A stretch of DNA of 64,000 nt from an uncultured Defluviitaleaceae bacterium (GCA_964611385.1 CAZSXS010000006.1:26-64025), one strand, 5' to 3'. Positions 44,889 to 54,492 are shown, counted from the stretch's first letter. Made by a program: numbers and translations. The notes: a model not told the origin generated them from the letters alone.

Positions 44889-46484
44889 ATGGATAAGGAT
44901 AAAGATGAACGCTTCTTAGAAGAAGAAATGGACGGAGATCTAAGCATAGAAGCCGGGTCGCCCAAACCAAGACGTAGCCGGAAGACCAAAGCGAAAAGTG
45001 AAGGCAAGAATGAAGGGAAAATAGAAGACCTTAGCGCCGACAGTATTACAGCTTCCAGTCGTCCTGCACCCAAGCGCTCAGGGGGAAAACGTGCTCCAAA
45101 AACAGCCGAAGGGGAGTTGCAACTGCCTGAGGACTTGCTAGAGGAGGACAGTAGGTCGGAGGAGAGCTTGGTCTTTGCGGACCTGGATGATGGAGAAGAG
45201 GACTTTCGGGAGAGGAACCCACAGGAAACGTTGTTGCTTTACGAGGACGACGAGGTTAAGCTGCCCGAGAAAAAGCCCAGTCTGTGGGGCCGAGCCTTAG
45301 AGTTTTTATCGCGCTTTAAGTTTCGGGGCAATGACCAATCCAACTTTGAAAATTACTCTCATTTTAAAAAGTACCTTGATGACATGGACAAGAAGAGCGA
45401 CATGTATAAGATCGGCACCGTGGTGGCTGAGCTTTGCGATGAAGCCCTGATAATTGCCCGGCAGCGGGTTTCCTTGGCCAATAAAATTCAGGTCATTGAT
45501 GAAAGTCTCATCGAACTGGAATGCTTCAATCAGTTGACAGCAGAAGATGCCACTCGCTTTAAGGATTTGTTGGATCGCTTTGTGTCCTTAACGAAGGAAG
45601 TGACGATTCTAAGAAACCAGATTGTTGAGTTTGACAGCGGGCTGACGAAGTTGGAATCCTTGGAGGATCAAGCTACCTCAGCCATGCCCAACATTCAGGA
45701 TGCTGAGAAAAACTTCCGGGCCCTGCGGCATGACTTAGGGTATTTACGAGGGGAAAAATCAGAGTTAGAGCATGATCGAGAGCTCTTGATGAACGGCTTT
45801 AACTTTGTCAATAAGTTCTCTGTTGCTATGGTTATTATTTTCAGCCTAAGCTGTGTGCTGATGGCTTATCTATATATCTTTACGAAAACCTCTATCTTTT
45901 ATCCCCTGACGATACTCGTGGTGGTGATGATCGTGGTTGTTTCCTTGTCTTATTTTTTTCGCAGGCGAATCCGCTTTGAATTGGCCCTCAACTTGAAAAA
46001 GCAGCACAAGGCCATTGAGCTGATTAATAAGAAGCTGGTGGTGTTGGCACATTACCGGAATTTCCTGGACTATGAGTACAAAAAATACAAGGTCAGAAGC
46101 TCCAAGATGTTAAAGGAAAACATCAATGATTTCAAAAACTATAAGCATGTTGCCGCCAGACTGGACAACGTGCGCAAGATCATGTATGAAACAGAAAAGC
46201 AAATTGAGGTCTTTTTAAGAGAGAAGAAGTTTGGAGTCATCAAGTCCTCTATTGAAAAGTTTGCTAAGACCATCAATATAGACGACCGGAAGCGCTATTA
46301 CAACGATTTGCTAGAGCAGAAGAATGCCTTTGAAAACAATCTATCAGAAATGGATCAGCGGCATGGGGAAATTTGGGATGCTTTGGTAGAGCTAAACGAT
46401 AAGGATCATTCCCCAGATAAGCTCATTGATAAGATTATTCAGGCCTATTTAAATGAAGTAACAAAGATCATCGGGAGGTTTTAA
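44889..46484 (+). CDS. Hypothetical membrane protein: charged low-complexity N-terminus, coiled coils, two TM helices
   Basis: A long ORF (531 aa) with coding-like composition. Its stop lies 1 nt before the valS start. No family recognised. Confidence 0.6.
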   Translation: MDKDKDERFLEEEMDGDLSIEAGSPKPRRSRKTKAKSEGKNEGKIEDLSADSITASSRPAPKRSGGKRAPKTAEGELQLPEDLLEEDSRSEESLVFADLDDGEEDFRERNPQETLLLYEDDEVKLPEKKPSLWGRALEFLSRFKFRGNDQSNFENYSHFKKYLDDMDKKSDMYKIGTVVAELCDEALIIARQRVSLANKIQVIDESLIELECFNQLTAEDATRFKDLLDRFVSLTKEVTILRNQIVEFDSGLTKLESLEDQATSAMPNIQDAEKNFRALRHDLGYLRGEKSELEHDRELLMNGFNFVNKFSVAMVIIFSLSCVLMAYLYIFTKTSIFYPLTILVVVMIVVVSLSYFFRRRIRFELALNLKKQHKAIELINKKLVVLAHYRNFLDYEYKKYKVRSSKMLKENINDFKNYKHVAARLDNVRKIMYETEKQIEVFLREKKFGVIKSSIEKFAKTINIDDRKRYYNDLLEQKNAFENNLSEMDQRHGEIWDALVELNDKDHSPDKLIDKIIQAYLNEVTKIIGRF

Positions 46485-46485
46485 C

Positions 46486-49182
46486 TTGCTAGACAAAAAT
46501 TATAACCCTCAAGTGGTTGAGGATAAAATATATAAAAGATGGCTGGACAATAAACGGTTTCATGCGGAGGTGGAGAAGGATAAAGAACCCTTCACCATTG
46601 TTATTCCACCCCCAAACATCACCGGTCAGCTGCACATGGGTCACGCACTGGACAACACCATCCAGGATATTTTGATTCGTTCCAAGCGTATGCAGGGCTA
46701 CAATGCCCTGTGGGTGCCCGGCACCGACCACGCCAGTATTTCTACGGAAGTAAAAATCGTTGAAAAAATGGCTCAGGAGGGTCTGCGCAAGGAAGATATC
46801 GGCCGGGAGGAATTTCTGGTTCGAGCTTGGGACTGGAAGGAAACTTACGGAAATCGCATTGTGGAACAGCTGAAAAAGATGGGCTCCTCCTGCGACTGGG
46901 ATCGGGAGCGTTTTACGATGGATGAGGGTCTTTCTAAAGCTGTACTGGAGGTTTTTGTACGGCTCTATAAGGAAGGTTTGATTTATCGCGGTAAGAAACT
47001 GATTAACTGGTGCCCTCACTGTAAGACCACCATTTCGGATGCGGAAGTGGATCATGTGGACAAGGGTGGTCACTTCTGGCATTTTAAATATCCCATTCAA
47101 GGTACCGATACTTTCATACACTTTGCCACCACTCGCCCAGAAACCATGTTGGGTGATACGGCTGTGGCGGTTAACCCCGAAGACGAGCGCTACGCCCACC
47201 TGGTCGGCAAGATGGTGCTTGTACCCATCGTCAATCGCGAAATTCCCATCATTGCCGATCCTTATGTAGAAAAGGATTTCGGTACAGGCGTGGTAAAGAT
47301 TACACCCGCGCATGACCCCAACGACTTTATGGTGGGAGAAAGACACAACTTACCTGTTATCAACATTATGAACGACGACGGCTCTATGAACGAAAACGCG
47401 GCTTCTTATCAAGGGCTTTCCAAGGAAGAAGCAAGGGCAAGAATCGTTGAAGAATTTAAAACCTTGGGACTCTTTATTAAGGTAGAGGACTTGCAGCATT
47501 CCGTGGGTGTCCACGAACGTTGCAGCGAAACCATAGAGCCTTTAATTAAAATGCAGTGGTTCGTTAAAATGGAAGAGCTGGCAAAACCAGCTATTGACGC
47601 CTACAAGAGCGGGGAACTGCGTATCATTCCTGAACGCTTTGGCAAAATTTACTTAAACTGGCTTGAGAACATAAAAGACTGGTGTATTTCACGCCAACTC
47701 TGGTGGGGGCATCGGATTCCCGCTTACTATTGTAGCTGCGGTAAAATTACGGTTTCTACCACTGCTCCGGCTTGCTGCTCCAAATGCGGCGGCTCTGTCA
47801 CCCAGGACGAGGACACCTTGGACACCTGGTTCAGTTCGGCGCTTTGGCCCTTCTCTACCCTGGGCTGGCCGGATCATACCCCAGAGTTTGCGCATTTCTA
47901 TCCTACCAGCGTTTTGGTAACGGCTTATGATATTATTTTCTTCTGGGTTGTACGGATGGTCTTCTCTGGTCTGCATCATACAGGCAAGCTGCCTTTTAAA
48001 GATGTACTGATCCACGGCATTATCCGGGATTCCGAAGGTCGGAAGATGAGCAAATCCTTGGGGAACGGTATCGACCCCCTGGAGATCATTCAGGAATACG
48101 GAGCGGACGCTTTAAGACTCACGCTGATCCTAGGCACCTCCCCTGGTAACGACTCTCGCTTTTATATGGAAAAAGTTCTGGCTAATCGGAATTTCTTAAA
48201 CAAAGTCTGGAATGCTACTCGTTTTATCTTAATGAACTGTGAAGATGCAGAGCCCTCTGGTAATACGGAAGGTGCTGATCTCGCAGATTCCGCAAGTTCA
48301 ACAAATCTGGAGAAACCCACAAATCTAAGCGTTGTGGATAAATGGATTCTTTCTCGTGTCAATACCGTAGCCAAGGAAGTTACAGACAACCTGAATCACT
48401 ACGAAATCGGACTAGCTATTCAAAAGGTCTTTGATTTTGTGTGGGATGAATTCTGTGACTGGTATATTGAAATGGTAAAGCCCCGCCTATACAACAAGGA
48501 GGACGAAAGCAGAGCCTCAGCCCTTTGGACGTTAAAGGATGTATTAATCCGCGCCTTAAAGTTGCTGCATCCCTTCCTTCCTTTTATTACAGAGGAAATC
48601 TTTTGCTCTATACAAACGCAAGAAGACAGCATTATGTGCTCCCCCTGGCCCTTTTATGATCAGAGCCTTTGCTTCTTAAAGGAAGAAAAGGAAATTGAAC
48701 TCATCAAAGAGTCCGTTTCTGCCATCCGGAACCTTCGCACGGAAATGAATGTGCCGCCTTCCAAGAAGGTCAAGGTGATCGTTTCTTCTGCCGAACCGTC
48801 TGTTCGAGGTATCTTTGAAAGAGGCAAGGTCTTCTTCCAAGGCCTTGCCTTTGCGAATCAGCTGGAAATTGTAGAAGAAGCAAACACCACAGAAGAAGGA
48901 AAGGACAGCCAGCGCATGGTATCCGTCGTTATCCCTGGGGGCGTACTCTATATGCCCTTTGCGGAACTGGTGGATATTTCTAAGGAAATCCAGCGCTTGA
49001 ATGTTGAAAAAACAAGGCTTCTGGGAGAAATTGAACGGGTAGATAAGAAACTGCAAAACGAGGGCTTTGTAGCAAAGGCCCCAGCAAAAGTCATTGAGGA
49101 AGAAAAGGAAAAGCGTGAAAAGTACAGTGCGATGCTTGCACAAGCGGAAAAACAACTGGAGGCTTTGAATGGAGTACGCTGA
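46486..49182 (+). CDS. valS: Valine--tRNA ligase
   Basis: PPPNITGQLHMGH (HIGH), KMSKS and a C-terminal coiled coil. The TTG start is 7 nt after GGGAGG. Confidence 0.95.
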   Translation: MLDKNYNPQVVEDKIYKRWLDNKRFHAEVEKDKEPFTIVIPPPNITGQLHMGHALDNTIQDILIRSKRMQGYNALWVPGTDHASISTEVKIVEKMAQEGLRKEDIGREEFLVRAWDWKETYGNRIVEQLKKMGSSCDWDRERFTMDEGLSKAVLEVFVRLYKEGLIYRGKKLINWCPHCKTTISDAEVDHVDKGGHFWHFKYPIQGTDTFIHFATTRPETMLGDTAVAVNPEDERYAHLVGKMVLVPIVNREIPIIADPYVEKDFGTGVVKITPAHDPNDFMVGERHNLPVINIMNDDGSMNENAASYQGLSKEEARARIVEEFKTLGLFIKVEDLQHSVGVHERCSETIEPLIKMQWFVKMEELAKPAIDAYKSGELRIIPERFGKIYLNWLENIKDWCISRQLWWGHRIPAYYCSCGKITVSTTAPACCSKCGGSVTQDEDTLDTWFSSALWPFSTLGWPDHTPEFAHFYPTSVLVTAYDIIFFWVVRMVFSGLHHTGKLPFKDVLIHGIIRDSEGRKMSKSLGNGIDPLEIIQEYGADALRLTLILGTSPGNDSRFYMEKVLANRNFLNKVWNATRFILMNCEDAEPSGNTEGADLADSASSTNLEKPTNLSVVDKWILSRVNTVAKEVTDNLNHYEIGLAIQKVFDFVWDEFCDWYIEMVKPRLYNKEDESRASALWTLKDVLIRALKLLHPFLPFITEEIFCSIQTQEDSIMCSPWPFYDQSLCFLKEEKEIELIKESVSAIRNLRTEMNVPPSKKVKVIVSSAEPSVRGIFERGKVFFQGLAFANQLEIVEEANTTEEGKDSQRMVSVVIPGGVLYMPFAELVDISKEIQRLNVEKTRLLGEIERVDKKLQNEGFVAKAPAKVIEEEKEKREKYSAMLAQAEKQLEALNGVR

Positions 49183-50554
49183 GGCTCTGGATTATATCAT
49201 TCAGGCCACGCAAAAGGGGAATAAAAAAGGATTCGACGCGGTAAGCCAGGTACTCAGTATGTTGGGCTCTCCCCAGAAACGCTTAAAAATCGTTCATGTG
49301 GCGGGAACCAACGGCAAGGGCAGTACTGTAGCCCTGCTTTCTCAGGTTTTTATGGAAAGAGGACTGAAGGTGGGGGTCTTCACCTCACCTCACCTGTGGA
49401 AGTACAATGAACGCATTGGGATCAATGGCGTCTGTATTTCTGATGCAGAACTGGCTAAAGAGCTTACTTTGCTTAAAGAATTAACGGAACTATTGTTGGG
49501 ACCGGGTCAGCGCTTTTCCTTCTTTGAACTGCTGACCATGATGGCGTTTCATTATTTTGATGAAAATAAGGTGGACATTGCCGTCATTGAAGTCGGACTG
49601 GGTGGTCGCATGGACTGCACCAATCTGATCGAAAAGCCTCTTCTGTCCGTTATTACCGCCATCGGCTTTGACCATATGAACATTTTGGGTAAGTCCATAG
49701 AACAGATCGCTTATGAAAAGGCAGGTATCATTAAAGAGCAAACTCCTGCTGTTCTGTTTACCTGTGAGGGGACTGTCTATGATACCGTCAAAGGCATTGC
49801 GGACGAAAAAAATGCTCCGCTTTTCTACTGTAACGACTTTCAAGTAGAGCTTCATAAACAAAACCTGGACGAAACTATTTTTTCCGTTTCCTTTCCCATA
49901 AAGGATCAAATCTGTCGCTATGAAAACATAAAAATCTCTTTGCTGGGAGATTACCAGATCTATAATGCCATCCATGCTCTTTTTGCTTTGGAGGTGTTTT
50001 ATAATTACTGTAAGCAAGAAGCTTTAACGGGATCCGATTGCATAAGGGTAGCAGAAGCAGCTGAAAACGAAAATGACAACGACAATAAAAGCAAAGAAGC
50101 ATTTCGGGAAGCAGTCTACAAGGGCTTTGCCAAGGCTGGCTGGCCTGGACGCATGGAGCTTGTTAGCCGGGAACCTTTGATTTTGCTAGATGGTGCCCAC
50201 AATGTGGATGGGGCTTTGGCTTTGAAAAGAGCGGTTAAAACATATTTTAGTACTAAGAAAGTGATTACAGTCATAGGTATACTTAGGGACAAAGAGTTCG
50301 AGAAGATGCTGGAGATCCTTCGGGGAGACATCACCATCCTAACAGAGCCGCATAGCAGCCGAAGCGCAAGTGTGTGGGATTTAAGCCAGGTGCAGTTGAA
50401 CACTCCGGTTTACCAGGAGCCTAGCTATAAGGAGGCTCTAAGCCTTGCTCTACGCACCGCTGACGAAGATCCCGAAAATTCACTGGTTCTTGTATGCGGC
50501 TCCTTGTATCTGGTGGGAAGCATAAGAAGCCTGCTGATTGGAAAGAATTACTAG
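49169..50554 (+). CDS. folC: Bifunctional folylpolyglutamate synthase/dihydrofolate synthase
   Basis: VAGTNGKGST P-loop and Mur-ligase fold motifs. Overlaps the valS end by 14 nt. Confidence 0.9.
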   Translation: MEYAEALDYIIQATQKGNKKGFDAVSQVLSMLGSPQKRLKIVHVAGTNGKGSTVALLSQVFMERGLKVGVFTSPHLWKYNERIGINGVCISDAELAKELTLLKELTELLLGPGQRFSFFELLTMMAFHYFDENKVDIAVIEVGLGGRMDCTNLIEKPLLSVITAIGFDHMNILGKSIEQIAYEKAGIIKEQTPAVLFTCEGTVYDTVKGIADEKNAPLFYCNDFQVELHKQNLDETIFSVSFPIKDQICRYENIKISLLGDYQIYNAIHALFALEVFYNYCKQEALTGSDCIRVAEAAENENDNDNKSKEAFREAVYKGFAKAGWPGRMELVSREPLILLDGAHNVDGALALKRAVKTYFSTKKVITVIGILRDKEFEKMLEILRGDITILTEPHSSRSASVWDLSQVQLNTPVYQEPSYKEALSLALRTADEDPENSLVLVCGSLYLVGSIRSLLIGKNY

Positions 50555-50614
50555 AAACGATACCAAACTTAGTCCTGTTCAGCGTAATTGAAACTAAAGG
50601 AGGAGATTCATTTT

Positions 50615-50794
50615 ATGGGAGATAATTTTCCTTCCGTCAACCTTGGAAATCATTTTAATTTTGCCGAAGAGTTGAAAAAATTTAAGCCTATTTTGAATGT
50701 TGAAGATGTGGAAGACAATATTCAAGGGTCTGGACTCAAAGACGTGATGGATTTGCTGCAAATGGCAAACAAAAAAAATACCAATGTTCAATGA
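50615..50794 (+). CDS. Hypothetical small protein (59 aa)
   Basis: An ATG at 50615 follows AAGGAGGAG. No recognisable family. Confidence 0.4.
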   Translation: MGDNFPSVNLGNHFNFAEELKKFKPILNVEDVEDNIQGSGLKDVMDLLQMANKKNTNVQ

Positions 50795-50827
50795 GATGAA
50801 AAATAGTCAAAGTAGGGAGGTTTTTGT

Positions 50828-52183
50828 TTGATTTGCCCAAGTTGCAACTATGACACCACCAAAAGAGTATGCGAAAATTGTGGAGTGGACATCAGTCTTT
50901 TTCTGGGCGTGAATCATTTGTCCGATGTGATGTATAATCAGGGGCTCCAGCTGGCAAACCGCAGGGAATTAACCTCCGCAATTCAGAAATTAAGCTATGC
51001 CCTTGAACTGAATAAAAATAATATAGATGCAAGAAATCTTTTGGCCTTGATTTATTTTGAGATGGGGGTCGTCAGCGAGGCCATCAAGCATTGGGTCATC
51101 AGTAGCTCGCTGTTGCGGGAAGGTAACCTTGCCAAAAATTACTTGGACAGCATTCAAAAAAATTCTGCTCAGCTTGATAAATATATTGAATCCATCAAAG
51201 AATATAATCAGGCCTTGATCTATGCCAAGCAAAAAAGTGAGGACATGGCCATCATCCAATTGAAGAGAGCCCTGGATCACAACCCTCGCTTTGTGGACGC
51301 ATTGAATTTGCAGGCGCTTTGTTACCTGGAACGGGGAGAAAAGGAGAAAGCCTTTGCCCAAGTGGAAGATGCCCTGGCCATTGATGTTCAAAATCCTACA
51401 GCACTTTATTATAATGCTTTAATGAAGCGTTCCCCGAAGCCGGCAAAGAGCGAACCGAAGCTGAAAGAAAAAACCAGACCCATTTCCTACAAGCCAGCCG
51501 GAAACGGCTTTGGTTTTACGGATCTGATCAGCTTTGCATTGGGGATTATTATTACGTATTTCTTTGTAACCCTAATGATCGTTCCAGCGAAAATTGAAAC
51601 CAAGAACGAGCAGATTAAAAAGCTCAATTCCGATTATGAAACCCTCAATACTACTTACCAGAAAGAGATTTCAGACTATAGTCAACAATTAACGTTAATA
51701 GAAGAAAGGGAGGCTGGTCTGAAAGCTGAAAACGAACAACTAAACGAAAAACTGCAAACGCAGGAAAAGGTGCAACGGATCTATTCACTCAACAATCTTT
51801 ATTTGTTAGGCAAAGTGGATGAAGCCGCCGATATTCTCTATGGCATGGACGTAACGGTCTTACCGGAGGAAGTTACGGCCCTAGCAGAGACTTTGAAAAG
51901 CGAAGCCTTATCAAAGTCCTCTTCTGAGAATTTCACGAAAGGACAAAAACTTTTTACTGCAAAGAATTATGCCGAGGCGCAGCAGCCTTTAGAAAAGAGC
52001 CTGCAATATGCGGATAAGACCTTGGATTATGTAGACGATATTTATTACTTCTTGGGCATTATAGCTGAGAATATGGGCGAAAAAGAAAAGGCAGTCGGAT
52101 ATTACCAAAGTGTAGTTGACAACTACCCCAAATCCAATTATCTGAATCAGACAAAAAACAGATTGAAAGCTTTGGGTTACTAA
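50828..52183 (+). CDS. Zinc-ribbon and TPR-repeat membrane protein
   Basis: N-terminal CPSCN...CENCG, TPR-like repeats, one TM helix, a coiled coil and C-terminal TPRs. The TTG start follows GGGAGG. Confidence 0.6.
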   Translation: MICPSCNYDTTKRVCENCGVDISLFLGVNHLSDVMYNQGLQLANRRELTSAIQKLSYALELNKNNIDARNLLALIYFEMGVVSEAIKHWVISSSLLREGNLAKNYLDSIQKNSAQLDKYIESIKEYNQALIYAKQKSEDMAIIQLKRALDHNPRFVDALNLQALCYLERGEKEKAFAQVEDALAIDVQNPTALYYNALMKRSPKPAKSEPKLKEKTRPISYKPAGNGFGFTDLISFALGIIITYFFVTLMIVPAKIETKNEQIKKLNSDYETLNTTYQKEISDYSQQLTLIEEREAGLKAENEQLNEKLQTQEKVQRIYSLNNLYLLGKVDEAADILYGMDVTVLPEEVTALAETLKSEALSKSSSENFTKGQKLFTAKNYAEAQQPLEKSLQYADKTLDYVDDIYYFLGIIAENMGEKEKAVGYYQSVVDNYPKSNYLNQTKNRLKALGY

Positions 52184-52198
52184 TGGGAGGATTGTTTT

Positions 52199-52618
52199 AT
52201 GGATGCATGTTTTAATGATGTGAAGGTTATTTCTTATTTCTTATGGGAGTACACAAATCATGACAATGCGCTTGGTCTTTGGTCCTGTGCTGAAGACATT
52301 GCCTGCCATTTTGAGGAGTACGGGTTAACCATGGAGGATTTTCGAATCATTCGATCCTTGAGTAAAACGGATCTGAACTATATTGCCTTTATTCGCCAGA
52401 TTGCCTATCGTATTTATGTCTACACCCAAAACGAAGACCATATTTTAAATTGGTATGTCGCTGAGCGTCTTATTATGAACGGTGAATGGTGTGATGCCAT
52501 TATCCGTGTAGCCAATTATTATCAGTCTGAAAAACAGACGGATGGCTTTTTATCCGGCATTCGCTCCATCAAAGTTAAAAAGTTTTATTCCAATCAGTCA
52601 CAGGATACTTGGCATTAA
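52199..52618 (+). CDS. Hypothetical protein (139 aa)
   Basis: An ORF with a GGGAGGA RBS. No family recognised. Confidence 0.5.
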   Translation: MDACFNDVKVISYFLWEYTNHDNALGLWSCAEDIACHFEEYGLTMEDFRIIRSLSKTDLNYIAFIRQIAYRIYVYTQNEDHILNWYVAERLIMNGEWCDAIIRVANYYQSEKQTDGFLSGIRSIKVKKFYSNQSQDTWH

Positions 52619-52813
52619 GGGCTATCGGCCTCGTGCTGGTAGGTTGCTTTGCCTTGTCCTAGGGTATTTCGTTGCATGATGGTTTTGTTGTTCAGCTGTA
52701 TATGACTTGCCAAACTCCTTAATTCAGTACAGGATGAATGAAGATTCAGACTTAAATCAAAGACTTGCGTTTCATCATCTACTATTGACTATCTTTTGAA
52801 AGGGGATATGATT

Positions 52814-53131
52814 ATGAAATTTAATGAAAGAACGTCTGCTACACTCTCTTATTTATTGTTTTGGTTTTCCGGTCTCTTCTTTCTCATCACAGAGAAAGAA
52901 AACAAGTATGTCCGCTTCCACGCTTTGCAATCCACGATTCTATTTGGAGGACTTAGCATCCTTGGCTATATCGTAGTGATCCTGCCTTTAATCGGCGGCT
53001 TGATCAAGAGCATCCTTGGTTTAATCACCCTGGTCGCTTGGGCTTACTTAATGTTTCAAGCCTATACTGGAAAGTCCTTTAAGGTTCCCGTTATTGGCGA
53101 CATCGTTTTCAATCAAATCTATAAGAAATAA
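52814..53131 (+). CDS. Small membrane protein, DUF4870-like
   Basis: LSYLLFWFSGLFFLI..KEN.YVRFHALQS pattern with three TM segments. The start is chosen at the third in-frame start (MKFNERT). Confidence 0.55.
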   Translation: MKFNERTSATLSYLLFWFSGLFFLITEKENKYVRFHALQSTILFGGLSILGYIVVILPLIGGLIKSILGLITLVAWAYLMFQAYTGKSFKVPVIGDIVFNQIYKK

Positions 53132-53145
53132 TTTTGAATATGACG

Positions 53146-53246
53146 ATACTCAGTCTTTGCATCATTTACCAAGCCGCCGGCATTCAAACCAGACGAATTT
53201 ATTGTTTTGTGTGGCGGCTTTGCAGAGCTGAATGTGACTGAGTATA
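53146..53246 (+). repeat. Dispersed ~100-nt repeat, copy 3
   Basis: ATACTCAGTCTTTGCATCATTTACCAAGCCGCC...ATTGTTTTGTGTGGCGGCTTTGCAGAGCTGAATGTGACTGAGTATA. Confidence 0.85.
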
Positions 53247-53247
53247 C

Positions 53248-53302
53248 AAAAACCCTCCCAGATAGGACGAGATTTTATCGACCTAGCTGGGAGGGTTTTT
53301 TT
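53248..53302. terminator. Bidirectional terminator
   Basis: AAAAACCCTCCCAGATAGG...CCTAGCTGGGAGGGTTTTTTT. It serves the plus-strand DUF4870-like gene and the minus-strand DUF951 gene. Confidence 0.8.
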
Positions 53303-53480
53303 ACGCCTTCACCGATTTTTCAAACTTTTCCCTTGACAGCATAAGTAAGCGATTACACTTGACGCAGCGAATGCGAAAGTCCATGCCTGTTCTTAGGACT
53401 TCCCATTCAAAGGATCCACAGGGGTGCTGCTTTTTCATATGAACAATATCCCCAATGTTAACTGTTTTGTTTTTAATCAT
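53301..53480 (-). CDS. DUF951 family protein (59 aa; absent from the ORF track)
   Basis: Manual translation gives MIKNKTVNIGDIVHMKKQHPCGSFEWEVLRTGMDFRIRCVKCNRLLMLSREKFEKSVKA. The KKQHPCG...GMD.RI.C..C pattern matches YyzM-type proteins. Confidence 0.7.
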   Translation of the reverse strand: MIKNKTVNIGDIVHMKKQHPCGSFEWEVLRTGMDFRIRCVKCNRLLMLSREKFEKSVKA

Positions 53481-53502
53481 GGCATCTTGTCCTTATCCTT
53501 AC

Positions 53503-53550
53503 TAAGCATTGATCCTGGCAGCTTGGTAAATGTTTTAGAGACTGAGTATA
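53503..53550 (-). repeat. Half copy (left end) of the dispersed repeat, forming the DUF951 5' region
   Basis: The reverse complement reads TATACTCAGTCTCTAAAACATTTACCAAGCTGCCAGGATCAATGC. Its first 22 nt are identical to the left end of copy 1. Confidence 0.75.
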
Positions 53551-53618
53551 GCACTCCTATAAAATGTTTGCAACAGGAGGTCTTAATAAAGGTGAAGCAA
53601 AAGGAAAACAAGGAAACT

Positions 53619-53647
53619 TTGATACTACGTCCTTTTTATGATACAAT
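53619..53647 (+). promoter_or_regulatory. Candidate sigma-A promoter
   Basis: TTGATA, a 17-nt spacer containing a TG, then TACAAT. Confidence 0.45.
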
Positions 53648-53658
53648 GGCAAAGAATT

Positions 53659-53757
53659 TATACTTAGTCTCTTAAGCCTTTGCCAAGCTGGAACCATTCA
53701 ACCACATCAATTCTATTGTTTTATGTAGCAGCTTTGCAAAGTGGGTGACTGAGGATA
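53659..53757 (+). repeat. Dispersed ~100-nt repeat, copy 4 (5' leader of the 53781 gene)
   Basis: TATACTTAGTCTCTTAAGCCTTTGCCAAGCTGG...ATTCTATTGTTTTATGTAGCAGCTTTGCAAAGTGGGTGACTGAGGATA. Confidence 0.8.
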
Positions 53758-53780
53758 CATAAGCCATTAAGGAGGATATA

Positions 53781-54488
53781 ATGAAAAAGAAGTCTCGGGG
53801 GAAATTTTTGGTGGGGTTTATCTTTTTAACCTTGTTGTTGTCTGCAATTTTTGTAACCATTGAAATTATTTTGGCGCCGACTGTAGCGCTGGAGGATAAC
53901 CCTTTTATACGGATCAAAAGCGACTATGTTCTTATGCTGTCACAGTGTATTTTTGGGGTCTTTGCTATGCTTTTGCCGGGGGCGCTGAAAAAAAGGGTGC
54001 GGCTGGACATTCCTTCTAATATGCTGATTATCTATGCTGTGTTTCTCTATTGTGCCATCTATCTGGGTGAGGTTCGTTCCTTTTATTATTCTGTGCCTCA
54101 TTGGGACACAGTTTTACATACCTTCAGTGGAGCCATGCTTGGTGCGCTCGGTTTTTCCTTTATCAACTTCCTGAACAAAACCGATCACGTTCCTCTGAAT
54201 TTGAGCCCGGTGTTTGTAGCAGCGTTTACCTTCTGCTTTGCTGTGACGCTGGGAGTTGTGTGGGAAATTTATGAGTTTTCTGCGGATACCATCTTGCATA
54301 CCAATATGCAAAAATTCGCCCTGGAAGGTGGCGAACCCCTAATCGGGGCCGCCGCCTTGGCCGACACCATGAAGGACCTGATCGTGGACAGCATCGGTGC
54401 TCTGGTGATGGCGGTCATTGGATATGTTTCCCTTAAGCATAAGAAAGGCTGGCTGGAAAAGTTACAATTACGGTTGGATAAACGATAA
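53781..54488 (+). CDS. Polytopic membrane protein of unknown function (possibly DUF2238/YjdF-like)
   Basis: Six or more TM segments. The ATG follows AAGGAGGA. The family assignment is tentative. Confidence 0.55.
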   Translation: MKKKSRGKFLVGFIFLTLLLSAIFVTIEIILAPTVALEDNPFIRIKSDYVLMLSQCIFGVFAMLLPGALKKRVRLDIPSNMLIIYAVFLYCAIYLGEVRSFYYSVPHWDTVLHTFSGAMLGALGFSFINFLNKTDHVPLNLSPVFVAAFTFCFAVTLGVVWEIYEFSADTILHTNMQKFALEGGEPLIGAAALADTMKDLIVDSIGALVMAVIGYVSLKHKKGWLEKLQLRLDKR

Positions 54489-54492
54489 GATC

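Noticed and set aside
53301-53480. Suspected frameshift in the DUF951 gene
   Set aside because: My first reading miscounted one base at a line break. Recounting the 18 ten-base blocks gives exactly 180 nt and an uninterrupted 59-aa ORF, so the gene is intact.
53424-53675. 83-aa plus-strand ORF between repeat copies
   Set aside because: It starts inside the DUF951 gene on the opposite strand and runs through a repeat half copy and a promoter. It has no RBS.
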